64,000 nt of DNA, taken from the NCBI GenBank assembly GCA_951804945.1, contig OX638150.1, positions 67,270,001 through 67,334,000 on the forward strand. Direction: 5' to 3'. Origin of the DNA: Podarcis cretensis (lineage: Eukaryota). The position numbers and the translations under genes are program-made. The notes under the pieces were generated by a model, which was not told the origin of the DNA, ran no database searches, and worked only from the letters and a program-made list of their open reading frames with translations. Within the stretch, counting starts at the first letter, position 1; each line of letters begins with the position of its first letter. Shown piece by piece: positions 11,831 through 23,786 of the stretch.

Positions 11831-12905
11831 TGTTGTTGTTGTTGTTTAGTCGTTTAGTCGTGTCCGACTCTTCGTGACCCCATGGACCAGAGAACGCCAG
11901 GCACTCCTGTCCTCCACTGCCCCCCGCAGCTTGGTCAGACTCATGCTGGTAACCTCGAAAACACTATCCAACCATCTCGTCCTCTGTCGCCCCCTTCTCC
12001 TTGTGCCCTCCATCTTTCCCAACATCAGGGTCTTCTCCAGGGAGTCTTCTCTTCTCATGAGGTGGCCAAAGTACTGGAGCCTCAGCTTCACAATCTGTCC
12101 TTCCAGTGAGCACTCAGGGCTGATTTCCTTCAGAATGGAGAGGTTTGATCTTCTTGCAGTCCATGGGACTCTCAAGAGTCTCCTCCAGCACCATAATTCA
12201 AAAGCATCAATTCTTCGGCGATCAGCCTTCTTTATGGTCCAGCTCTCACTTCCATACATCACTACTGGGAAAACCATAGCTTTAACTATACGGACCTTTG
12301 TTGGCAAGGTGATGTCTCTACTTCTCAAGATGCTGTCTAGGCCTGTCATTGCCCTTCTCCCAAGAAGCAGGCGTCTTTTAATTTCGTGGCTGCTGTCACC
12401 ATCTGCAGTGATCATGGAGCCCAAGAAAGTAAAATCTCTCACTGCCTCCATTTCTTCCCCTTCTATTTGCCAGGAGGTGATGGGACCAGTAGCCATGATC
12501 TTCGTTTTTTTGATGTTGAGCTTCAGACCATATTTTGCACTCTCCTCTTTCACCCTCAATAAAAGGTTCTTTAATTCCTCCTCACTTTCTGCCATCAAGG
12601 TTGTGTCATCTGCATATCTGAGGTTGTTGATATTTCTTCCGGCAATCTTAATTCCGGCTAGGGATTCATCCAGCCCAGCCTTTCGCATGATGAATTCTGC
12701 ATATAAGTTAAATAAGCAGGGAGACAAAATGCAGCCTTGTCGTACTCCTTTCCCAATTTTGAACCAGTCAGTTGTTCCATATCCAGTTCTAACTGTAGCT
12801 TCTTGTCCCACATAGAGATTTCTCAGGAGACAGATGAGGTGATCAGGCACTCCCATTTCTTTAAGAACTTGCCATAGTTTGCCATGGTCGACACAGTCAA
12901 AGGCT
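11831..12905 (-). mobile_element. Bov-B (RTE-clade) LINE, 5'-truncated, in LSM11 intron 1 (antisense)
   Basis: Minus strand reads without stops AFDCVDHGKLW...GVRQGCILSPCLFNLY...LRYADDT...TKSRTRLND* (RT domain plus C-terminus) followed by a (CAA)n tail. Target repeat (cat)tgattctgt on both sides. Confidence 0.95.
11846..12904 (-). pseudogene. Truncated Bov-B ORF (reverse transcriptase C-terminal part, ~350 intact codons)
   Basis: ORF track 11846-12856, extendable upstream in frame to the AFD motif. YADD catalytic motif present. Endonuclease domain and promoter absent. Confidence 0.9.
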
Positions 12906-13545
12906 GTGATTCTGTAGCTGGAAGCATTACATTGATTCTGTAGCTGGAAGCATTACAGAGTTAATAAACCTTAATAAAACTCTGAAACTTCACGGGCTCC
13001 AAGACTGATAAAGCTACATAATCTGCATGGGAAGAGATCTTAAATTCCTTTCTTGTTTTTAAGCCTTGAATAACAATTATTTTCTCTGCTTTTGTGAAAG
13101 ACCAAAGAATGATTGAAGAACCCAAATAATAGTGTGGTCTCTCCCATGCATAAAAATATAGCTGTTTAGCTGTTAAGAGAGAGAAGAGATTATGCTGATT
13201 CTTCAGCTCCCCAAAAGTCTTTACAGCACATGGATAAAGCTGGAGAGCTAGAAAGTGATAGTGCCAGAAAGGATCTTCCTATGGTGAGTAATTCTTCCCT
13301 GGCACATAATGTTTAGAAGCCATTGTTGCTTGGGGCTCAGTCATCATGCTGTGAGTAGTGGGTCTCTACGCTGCTTAGAGAAGCCATAAGGGATATGGAG
13401 TGAAGATCTGCAATCCTATGACCTAGCTCCATGCTGTAAAGTGATCCTAACGTTAGAGCCTGGATGGGGATTGCTGAAGCAGGGAAACGGATACTGCTTA
13501 CGGTATATCTCAAAAGGACTGTAATATTTGTAAAGATCCTAAATC

Positions 13546-13674
13546 CAGGAGTAGCCAATGTGGTTCCCGCCAGATGTTTAAGGCTACAGTTCCCATTAGC
13601 TCCAGTCTTGGTCAGTCATCAGGAATGGTGGAAATTGTAGCCCTATGGAGAGAGCACCATGTTGGTTACCCCTA
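13546..13674. mobile_element. Small hAT-Charlie/URR1-like MITE
   Basis: caggagtagccaa ... ttggttacccct imperfect TIRs; internal ctacagttccca / ggaaattgtag inverted motif. Confidence 0.6.
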
Positions 13675-14298
13675 CTTTGAATCTTGCCGTCTTTCAGGGT
13701 CACTCTCAATTTCACTTACTAATGGAAACATTAGTTTTGAGTTGATATTTTGTGAGGACAATTCTAGTATGCATGCCAGTTTGCAACATGCTATAATCCA
13801 AGGTGTCAGTGTCATCATTTAATTTTTTATAGGTCAGGGTTTTTTGCCTTGCTTATAAGCATAAATAAGGCATTAGTACTGTCCCATTCGGTTGGATGTC
13901 TGGCATTTATGTTTACATGTCTGGCATTGACATTTACATAGTTTGCTTATCCAGAAGATTTGGTCCGCAAGACGAAGAATGCTAGATAAGCTACTTTGTT
14001 ACTACACTGGCTTATGTTTGAATGGCTTGGATACAGAGATGCAGAAAGCTTGTTGCACTCATGGGAGGGCTGTTCTTGACACAGCAGAAGAGTGTTGCGC
14101 AATAAAAATTATCCACAATCTAGAGGAGCTATGGTGTTTCTGTGAACTCCTCTTAAGACTTTTCTATGGCTTTTTGGTGTTTATATATCACAGCCTGCGT
14201 CCTCCCTATGTTTCTTGACCTATAATTTAACACCCTGAACTATGCTGGTACTGCAGTGTGTCCAGACTCCTATTGTTTGCGCAAGAGTTCATGGAATA

Positions 14299-14529
14299 CA
14301 TTTGTACCTTGGTTCTCAAACGGAATCCGTTCCGGAAGTCCATTCGACTTCTGAAAACATTCGAAAACCAACCCATGGCTTTCTGTACTCAATCGGAAGC
14401 CATGGAAGCCCCATTAGATGTTTGGCTTCCAAAAATAATTCGCAGACCGGAACAGTCACTTCCAGGTTTGTGGTGTTTGGGAGCCAAAACGTTGGAGCAC
14501 TAAGCTGTTCGAAAACCAAGGTACGACTG
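14299..14529. mobile_element. Tc1/mariner Tigger-like MITE
   Basis: Left CATTTGTACCTTGGTTCTCAAAC versus right reverse complement CAGTCGTACCTTGGTTTTCGAAC; TA on both sides (14297-8, 14530-1). Confidence 0.8.
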
Positions 14530-14620
14530 TAGTACTAACATTTTTTTTGCTTTCTATTTAGGATTATTTGAATCTCTGTGTGTGTTTTACTTAGAAGACG
14601 TTTTTCATACCTTACTGCCG

Positions 14621-14623
<3 letters not shown>

Positions 14624-14650
<27 letters not shown>
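14624..14650. repeat. (CA)n microsatellite
   Basis: Directly visible. Confidence 0.9.
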
Positions 14651-14652
<2 letters not shown>

Positions 14653-14689
14653 TAAGCTAACTATGAAAGCATCAGAAAAAGCCATAAAA

Positions 14690-15035
14690 AACACAAGGCA
14701 AAGCCATTAAAATAACAGCCATTTAAAAGAGTCTCAGGCATTGTTAAATCAGTGGAAAGCAGGATGAACTTGACCTGATGCTTTTGCATATTTGTCTAGC
14801 GGGGTGACCAAAATTTGGGTGTTACCACTGAAAAGACCTTCCCTCTTGTAACCAGGCACTTACCCTCCAAAGGCAGATGTTCATGGAGAAGGGCCTTTGA
14901 GGCTGATTTTAAAGAATGCCATTATTTAGATGGCCAGGTCCCAGGCTCCCAGACTGTTTAGGGCTTTAAAGGTTGAAAGTCAACATTTTAAACTGAATCC
15001 AGAAATAGACAAGTAGCCACTGCAGCTCTTTTAAA
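14690..15035 (-). mobile_element. Degenerate L2 LINE 3' fragment
   Basis: accactgaaaagacct..., tttagggctttaaaggt...caacattttaaactg, agccactgcagctc match the reverse-strand squamate L2 3' region pattern (recall). Confidence 0.55.
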
Positions 15036-15898
15036 CATGTTCTGATACGTTTTTGTTGTCGGTCTTGTAGTCCCATTAAGGCAAGTGGCTACTATGTGTG
15101 CTTATAGTTGCCCATCAAACTATGGGGTACAGATCATTTTCTTGTATAAATTAAGCCACAGGAACCATGCTGATGATTGGCACTTTGTTACAGAGGCAGT
15201 GATTATCTACTAAAAATATTTATGTTGTATGGTGACAACCCCCAGTAGCCTTTTAATTATCCTTTAGAATTGGGGTATTAAACACATACTTTACATTGGG
15301 GGGAAAAATCCATTTTGAACTATTAGGGATGTAATTACGGCCTCCTAGATTGCACAAATGATTGACAATGCATCTGCATTGCTTTTAAGCCACAGAAAAA
15401 TAATAGCTACATGCAGAGCATAATAGTTTTGATGTTCACAGAATGGTTATGTGCTGCCAAGACAAATCTAACACAGGGTTTTTCCTCCTCTGGAGAAATC
15501 ATCATCAGAGTGTAGAAGCATCTCTTTGTATTTGGTGGTGATAGGGTTGGGGAACTGTGCCAGCTGGATATGATTGATAAGAGGGTGAATAGGCCATTTA
15601 GTGCCATTAGGATGGGATCAGAGTGCTTTATTAGCAAAATATTCCACAGGTAAGCATTCCTGAAAACACACAGGACTAAAGAACAAACTGATATGTGCAA
15701 GAGTTGTGAAACCTTGGTCATTTTCTACAAGTCTTACGCTTTGAGCCCATGGAGCTCAGTGTTCAGAATAAGACAAGACTGACCTTGCAGACACTGGTTC
15801 TGCTTTAAATAAGCCTGAGTTCCACTTTATATTACTTACTGGGATTTTGTGGGATGTAAATCTTAATAGCTAGGTGAGGTTGACCAATTTTGCTTATA

Positions 15899-16113
15899 CA
15901 GTGGTACCTCAGTTTACGAACTTAATTCGTTCCGGAGGTCCGTTTGTAACCTGAAACCGTTCTTAACCTGAGGCACGCTTTCCCTGATGGGGCCTCTTAC
16001 TGCCGGCACGCAATTTCCGTTCTCATCCTGGGGCAGAGTTGACAACCCAGAGCAACTACTTTCAGGTTAGCGGAGTTTGTAAACCAAAGTGTCTGTAACC
16101 CGAGGTACCACTG
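15899..16113. mobile_element. Tc1/mariner Tigger-like MITE
   Basis: TIRs CAGTGGTACCTC... / ...GAGGTACCACTG; TA duplication at 15897-8 and 16114-5. Confidence 0.88.
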
Positions 16114-16323
16114 TATGCTGTTACTATGACATAAGAAAACTGAAGTCTTCAGTAGTGTTATAAAGCGTAGCTAAATTTGTTATTCCTTAACTGCATTCAG
16201 ACATGACACTTTAAAGACTAACTTGTTTTATCATGGCAAAAGTGAAAAGTAGTTAAAGAATATTGGTGCAAACAGGTCAGATTTGTTTCTTAGATCTTCC
16301 CCAAAGCAAGTTGTAGACTAGAG

Positions 16324-16439
16324 TAAGGATGGGGAACCTATGACCCTTCAGATGTAGTTGGACTCTCAACTTCCATCAGACTCAGCCAAGATGGCTAATG
16401 GCTGAGGATAATGGAAGGGCCAAAGCTTTCCTATTCCTG
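16324..16439. mobile_element. Small hAT-Charlie/URR1-like MITE
   Basis: aggatggggaaccta..cccttcagatgtagttggactctcaacttccatcag... ending ctattcctg; same family pattern as 13546 and 38654. Confidence 0.55.
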
Positions 16440-16623
16440 CTGTACAGGAATCTAGTTAAGACATTGCAGCTGAGTGGATACTTGGTATGAGTGTATAAAT
16501 TTGTGACATTTTCCCTAAGCAGAGTTCACTGTAATGCTTTGATTTAAAACAGTGAATGGTTTTGTTTTATTCTCCATGGCATTTATTTCAGTAAAAAGTA
16601 ATGGCAGTTTACATTTATTCTAG

Positions 16624-16763
16624 TTCATGAAGGCAGTCCGCTTGGGGAGCTTCACCGATGCGTCCGTGATGGTGTAAAAGTCAACGTCCACGTCCGAACT
16701 TTCAAAGGACTTCGTGGAGTCTGCAGTGGGTTCTTGGTTGCATTTGACAAGTTCTGGAATATG
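16624..16763 (+). CDS. LSM11: LSM11 coding exon 2 (Sm motif 1)
   Basis: (V)[46 protein letters not shown]. ttctAG acceptor, GTAAG donor. Confidence 0.97.
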
Positions 16764-18064
16764 GTAAGGATTGTCACCCTCTTTCTATGATTTTACAGCT
16801 AATTACCAATTGGCAAAGGGTTACTTCAATCAGATGGCATGTTCAGCAAAAGAGGTAAGGACGATCCTCTAGTTTTCAAGTAGAAGTGAGTCTTAGCTCT
16901 TATCTGGTCAGTTCAAGGCAAGGCTTCATCAGTGGAACAGTCTTGCACCCTGTTAATCAGAGAGTGTTCAGAGTCTTGTCTTCAGTTAACACAAGCTGAG
17001 CTAATTGTGTTAGATTTTTCTCACTTACCTTCCTGTTTCTCTCTCTTGTTTTATACCCCCCATTTCCCCCCCTGCAAGATCTTTCCCACCTCCTTTACTT
17101 TTTTGTTACATGTTATGGTTGCTAAGTGAAAGATGCACATAAAATGTCTTTGAAAATGTATGGGTGAAAGCAGAAATCTCCCTAAAATATGCAACAAAAG
17201 CCCTAGCAGGCATCTGTTTCACTGGAACCCCAAGTCGTCTGGCATTAAGGTTCCCCCCCCCCCCGCCATTCTCTTGACCTCTCTCCCACATGCACAGCAG
17301 TTTGTCATCTTTTTGTTAAGGTTCCTTCCATGTTATGCTAAATCTGCAAGGGCTTTTTAGTTTAGTTCAAACTGGATGCTGATGAGTCAGAATTACGACA
17401 TGAGCTGAATGTGCCACCCATTTAGAGTGTTAGCTGCAAGAGTAAGCACAAAGCTTGATACAGAAGCAGAGAAATTTTTTTACTTGCATCACCAGGCCAG
17501 AATCCTAACCAAACTGACTAGACCTTCAGAAGAACAGGGAAGGGCAATAGGCAAGTGGCTGCGCCCTCTAAAGCAGCCCCCCCCCAAAAAAAACCTCTTC
17601 AAAAGGCAGAAGTTCAAAAGGAGGAGCCCCAATGCACAGGGCTTTCATTCATATGGAGAAGTCTGTGTGCACAGACTCCTCTTGTGCTGAACCCTGGAAC
17701 TTGGAAGCGTGGAGCCCCTGGGGATGTTAGGGCTGGGGCAGGCGGGCAGGCATGCAAAGCACTTCTGAAAAGGGCTAAGGAGAAGATGAAAAGAAATGTG
17801 CAAACATTTTGTAATTGTAATTCTGCAGGTATCCTATTTAAATTTGTGCTTTCTTCCGTTTTTCTTTAAAAAATAATAATTGTAAGCAGTGATTTTATAT
17901 ATAAAAAAAACAAAACGGAAAGGCTTAAATTATTGGAGTAATGTGTAAGCTGGATAATTCTAATTCCTAATTCTCTGCACCCAGGCCTCAAAAGTTACAT
18001 TACAAAAATGCCATGTACAGCCACAGCCTGCCTTGATATTTTCTTTCTGCTTCCCTTGCCCTAG

Positions 18065-18148
18065 GCCCTGACAGACGTAGATGAGACATATCGAAAACCT
18101 GTGCTGGGTAAAGCTTTCTATGTAGAGCCACAGTTGACTCTCACCAGG
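18065..18148 (+). CDS. LSM11: LSM11 coding exon 3
   Basis: [28 protein letters not shown]. ccctAG acceptor, GTAAGT donor, 84 bp. Confidence 0.96.
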
Positions 18149-20096
18149 GTAAGTAGCCATTCTCCCGCTTGTCTCTTGTTCTGGGCCAGCCCTGCCGTTA
18201 GGCAGAGTGACAGCAAAGATCCCCTGTGTTGCAAACAGAAAAATCTGGCAACCTAAAAGCAACACGGCAGGCTAATAATTTGATTACACTTCATATAGCT
18301 ACTAAATTGTATCTTCATTCAGAGCCACTAATTAGTAGTGAAAGCTGAACCATTGTAACCTATGTACCCTCTTGGACCTCTTATTTGCTGAGGAAGAAAG
18401 TTTGAAACAGTCGGTTATCCAGGAAGGACAGTCCTGCTACTGCCTCTGGAGCATCAACTTCTTTCAGCGTGTTCACTGCTAAATATATGACTAAGTCGTG
18501 GATATAACCAGGTGCATCCGTGCTGTGGTTGGGACTTTATACTTATTTTGGAAGGCATGTTGCCTCAAGCTTGAATCGTTCTCTGTTTGATACACCGTTG
18601 AAAAAATCCTCTACTTTGGGAAATTCTCTGAAGTCACATTAGTTGGTGTTACCTTGTATATATTGTATGCCACTTGACTCTGAATGAAGATACAATTTTG
18701 TAGCTATATAAAGTGTTGTAATCAAACTATTGGCCTGCCTTGTTGCTTTTAGGTTGCCAGAGTAGGCAGAGTGAGGCAGCAGATATGGAGGAGAAGAGAA
18801 TGGTGACAAGGTGTTGGAAGAGAGAGCTGTGTGTGCCACACCATGGCCTACCCAAGCTAGCCTGCTAATTTCCATTCCAGCTGGATTCTGTACATGGAAT
18901 GGGGGGGGGGGCACCATCTTGTTCTTTGCCTCAGACAGCAAAATGTCTTGGCCCAGCCTTGTAGTTGGCTGGTGCAAGTACACTAAAGTTAAGCCTATAA
19001 GCTCAATTTCCCACATACTAAGGGTGTATTTTATTTCAAAACAGACTTAAGGTTAAGCTGGAGGGCTAGCTCATTTCTTAATGTTAGGTAAATGGATAGA
19101 GCAGCAAAAGTGGGCCCCGTTCCCACTTTCCAGTCCTTACCTTGTAAAGAACTTATAAAGTTGCTGGCCAAAGGTAGAGATTTCTTTTTCCAAAACCTTT
19201 ATCTTTTGGCGCACTTGGCAACATTAATCCACTCTTTCATAAAATGTTAACAAGGTGGCTTACAACATATGGAACGCAATAAAAGCAAACTATAAATATC
19301 TACAAAACATAATTAAAAACATTTGATACTGGATGTGTTTTGCAAGCTTCAGTTATAGGTGGCAGACAGTGTAATTTTTTTTTACTTGCAACTGGTATAC
19401 ACGTGCTTGATGGCTTAGGACTTGTTGCTTTGCAACCTGCTTCCTTGGGAAACACTGTTAAAGGGAGAGGAAACTTCCGTCTATGGTTATGCCCTTGATA
19501 TCCTTTTCACATGGGCAGCTTCCTAAAATGATGAGCATCCATGTGTGAGTTCTCCATTAGCAATTGCTCTTCATGACCAGTGGTCAGTAGATTTATCCAG
19601 CAAAATGTATCCACTAGTACCACTTACTGTTTAACATTTATTCAATGCCAGCAATGAACTAGGCTCTATTCACACAACAGACTGAAATGATGCAGTCCTT
19701 GTCCTAGAAGGGTTACAGCTCAAATCAGATTGATCTATTGCTTTAGTCCCAGGATTTAACAGAGCAGTACAAAGTCATGGCAGTGGCATTTGTCACAAAG
19801 CCAAATCTGCTATGTGTACATGCGTGAAGTGCGTTAGTCATACACACAGAAAACGTGGAAGCTGGATAACGCCATAACTGCTAAATAAGTAATCTCCTTA
19901 GCATTAGAGTGCTTACAATTTGTATTATCCAGCCAACAGAAAGTGCTGTACATGAAAAGCATTGCTGTGTATTTTTCCTCTTGCAAAAAAATCCCCCACC
20001 TTCTAGCTTGGCCCTCCGTGGTGGGCCATATGCTTTCAGATTACAGAATGAGATGACAGCTTTCATGACATATTTGTTTCCTCCCACCCCCTGTAG

Positions 20097-20480
20097 CTGT
20101 TTGACAGACTCAAGCTGCAAGAGTCCCTGGTTAAAAAGGACGTTTCAAAGATGGCTGCTGATCTGCCAGCTCTTCCATGTGATCCTAGGACACTTCGGTG
20201 GAAGTCCGAGTCAGGTCGGAGGAGGTCAGAAGAACGAGGGGCAAAGAAGCGCTCGAGCAAAGAGAGGACACGGAGCTCTAGCTTGCCTCGAACTTATGGG
20301 AAAGAGATTGAGCTGTCTGGCAGAATCTCCCAAACAGAGGGGACGAGTGCAGGTGGCACAAGAGGTCGATCACGGAAAAAGCGGAGGCCCAAAGTGGATT
20401 ACCAGCAAGTTTTCACACGGCACATAAACCAGATTTTTATTCGAGGGGAGAATGTCTTGCTTGTTCATCTAGCCCATTGA
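20097..20480 (+). CDS. LSM11: LSM11 last coding exon (Sm motif 2; stop TGA)
   Basis: [14 protein letters not shown]...[37 protein letters not shown]. ctgtAG acceptor. Spliced CDS 427+140+84+384=1035 bp, giving 344 aa. Confidence 0.96.
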   Translation: MFDRLKLQESLVKKDVSKMAADLPALPCDPRTLRWKSESGRRRSEERGAKKRSSKERTRSSSLPRTYGKEIELSGRISQTEGTSAGGTRGRSRKKRRPKVDYQQVFTRHINQIFIRGENVLLVHLAH

Positions 20481-21672
20481 TCTGATTGCCATTACTCAGC
20501 CAGCAGCATGAACAGTGGTGGCAGCTGCATGCTACTTTGTGAAATGTTTTGTAACTTCTTCTCTTCCTCTGACTAAAAGGGAGGGAGGCAAGAGCATCTT
20601 GAGCCAGCTACCAGCTGGTTTGGACTAAACTTTGGCCAAGGAAGCTGCTGCCTCCACAAAGAGACAGATCTCCTAAGTCCTTGAACTGTGGAACTTCCAG
20701 AATTTGTGGGGCAAGTATTGCTGTATATTAAAAACCCATGTGGTCTGAAAGTAGCTCTGTTTTTGCTACGTGGCTGCAAAAGAAGCAGAGTATGCCATTG
20801 ACCTTGGTACTTCATTGTGGAATGCTAGTAATTTGAAATCATGGAAAATCACGATTATAAAAAATGGCAATGGAATTCAGAGCGTGTGAAAAGGAGGAAT
20901 GGCTTTAGGTATGGACTTGTTTGGATCTTATCTCTCCCTCCTCCTAATAGCATGCATGGGTGGGGGAGGTATTCCAGAGTTGAACCACAGTGCCCTCTGG
21001 TGTCCAAGCTTGTGTCTTGAACAAAAAGGGAATGGAAACTGAATCAAGTGGTTATTTGCTGATGGGATGCCTTTTCTCTCTAACTCATTTGTGATCAAAG
21101 GCAGTATTTGGCCTTTTCTTCAATATTTACACAGCCTATGCTCTTAAAACCATCTTCCCCTGCTTCCCCCACCCCACCCTGCGCCACCAGCAAACAGTGA
21201 ATGTAGCTAACTATGTAACTTCTCTACCTGGAGCTTGTTTAAATGTATGTATTGTAAAATGGGTTGGAACAACCCAGAAATTGCAATCCAGGTTTTTATT
21301 TTATTTTATTGTTCATTTCATCCATTTGTGTGTTGCAGCAGTAAAGACTTAAGGCGATGTACATAAGTTGCTTAAAATAGAGAAGATGGTGTTTTATGCT
21401 TAGGCACAGTTATACATTATAGAAGTGGCAGATTTCCCTGATGGTGATTGAAGAGAATAATTTGCTTGTGATACCTGCAAGCGTAGTCCTGATTGCTTCT
21501 AGGTTCTGAATGACATGCCTCTAATGCTAGTTTGATTGTTCCTGAGAAGCATGTTTTAAGACTACTGAAAAGTATGCATGGTGATTATTTAGAAAATCAG
21601 TATTATTAACTGTTTCCCCCCTTATGATTCAGTAATCATCAGAAGAAGCTGTGCAACATGTTGTAACAATAC

Positions 21673-21697
21673 ATATATATATATATATATATATATA
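21673..21697. repeat. (AT)n microsatellite
   Basis: Directly visible. Confidence 0.9.
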
Positions 21698-23736
21698 AAG
21701 TGTCTGCCAAGAGAGATTTTATGGTGCTGTATAATAGTGCCCTCTGTTTACAGTGAGTGTGTGTATGTAGCACTCCAATAGCTGGACTTTGCTGCCATTG
21801 CTTGTGTTGGAATGCAATTACTATTGTATTGGGAGGCATTTTAAAAGTCTCTGTAGAATTATTAAGCTCAAAAACACAGATTTCTAACTCAAAACATATA
21901 GGTTACATTTTGTAAGTCAGTTCTGATTTTCTAGAATAACCTGACAATCTTCTAATGATTGGCGTTTTCCACCATCGATAGTAAAATTGCATGTAGTTTG
22001 TAATTATCATTTTTTTCAGGCTTAAAAAAACTATTCATGGGTGGAGCTCAGTTTCTTTCCTCTTATTTCTCCAGCCGAGTTGTGGGCTGCAAAATGGGAT
22101 GGGTAGGCTCAAGTAGGGTAGGTTTCAAGGTGGGGAGGGCAGATGATTGTTCCAACTTTTGTGTTTGGAGGCAACCATTTTCCCCCCCACAGTGCCTTGA
22201 AATTTGCAGAGTCGTGGCATCATTTGGGATTCACAGGATCTTTTTGTAGAAAGGAAGGAAGGAAATCTTCTGCTGCTAATGATGAGCCCTCTCCCAAATC
22301 CTCTGTTGAATTATTCCCCTTCAGAAAATATTTGGTGAAGTGGTCCCAATTTGGAGGCGCTCTGAATGTCATGCTCACCCCTGAAAACTGAGGCTGCAGT
22401 TTGAAAAGGAAGGCCAGTGTGGAGAAGAGGGGCTTCTTAACCCTTTTTGTTCATGTTGTTTTTTTCTGGGGAGTCCCAAAACTTTTCTCAGTGGAGAGTA
22501 AAGCAATCTTCAGTGGAGAAAACAGCATGAGGAGAAAGGGTTGTGCCCCCCAGCCCGCCTGCTTCAAATTGTGTGAAAAAGAAGCATGGAATGATCCACT
22601 GTGTGAAGTTCTGCCCTGAGTATTGGGAGGTTCAAGGAATTAGCCATTTTATTGTCAGCCTAGTACAGCTCAAGACGACAGACTGAAAGGAAGGTACAAG
22701 AGCTAGGAAAGGAAAAGGAGCCAAACTTGGAGTTCACCCGCCATTTGCTATGTTTAGCATAACCTCTTGACCTGATGTGTAACTTCCCCACTGAGTGGGA
22801 ATGGGATATGCAAAATGTCTTGGATGATGTTATATTTCCCCCTGGTTATTCTTTGCCATGCTGCAATTTAAAATGCATGTCACAAACATGTTTTTCACTC
22901 TTTCGCCCTCCTTGCTTCAAAAAGAAACCCAGGGACATGAAATACTAGTTTCTGAATTTCCTTAGCAGCCTGCCTTTTGCCCTTTCCAGTTTGATTTTCC
23001 CCAGTCACCTTTGGCTGCAAAGGCTATCACAAAAATGATCCTAAGAGATTCTTGTGGCTGGATTTAACGGGTTTTGTGTCTGTTCTTGATTCTTCCTCTG
23101 TGGCTCTTTTCTCCTCAAAGTACAGTTTCTTGACTCTGCGCTCCAGATAGTTTTCTTTTAGCTTAAAAAGTTCACCTAGACACCTCTCCCTTTATTATAT
23201 ATATATCTCCCACATTTTCTATTTTGGGGGGTGGGTAGGCTTCATATGTCTGTTCTTGAGATGCCTGCCCTTTCACATTCTACTTCGCTAAGGTTAGGCC
23301 CCCAAATACAAATTTAAGTGGACCATCAAATTTTGTTTTTTGCTTTTTCCTGAATGATCTTTCCCTTCACTGGTCTTTATCCATATTCTTTGGAAGGTCA
23401 AATGCTTTCATAAGCCTGCCTCTGTAAGTTTACTACCTCATGCTTCAGTGTTTAAATTGCTACTGCTTTTGTCTTCCAGAATCCTTTTCACAAATTTGTC
23501 TGTGGTCCCATATCCACTGTCAACTTCACAAGACTCTCTTTTGAATTCTTAAAAATATCTTCGGACTCTTACTGACTTGCACGTTTTCTATTGTTACTTG
23601 AAGCCTCTAGATCAAAGGTGCTAAGCTTAATTTCCAAGCTGTTGTTTTGGAGTTGCAATTCGCCTTGTATAAGTAGTACTTATGGAAGCATATCTGCCTA
23701 TCTTACTAATCTTCCCACACCTCACAAATTAACTCA

Positions 23737-23754
23737 GGATGGATGGATGGATGT

Positions 23755-23785
<31 letters not shown>
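23737..23785. repeat. Compound (GGAT)n(GATT)n microsatellite
   Basis: Directly visible. Confidence 0.9.

Positions 23786-23786
<1 letters not shown>

Noticed and set aside
11874-12815. 313-aa + strand ORF in LSM11 intron 1
   Set aside because: It is the antisense shadow of the Bov-B RT ORF, lies wholly within the LINE, and has no independent protein signature.
17376-17410. CTGATGA-GTC..GAC hammerhead-like core (also CTGATGA plus a stem at ~49077)
   Set aside because: The required GAAA after stem II and stems I/III are missing.
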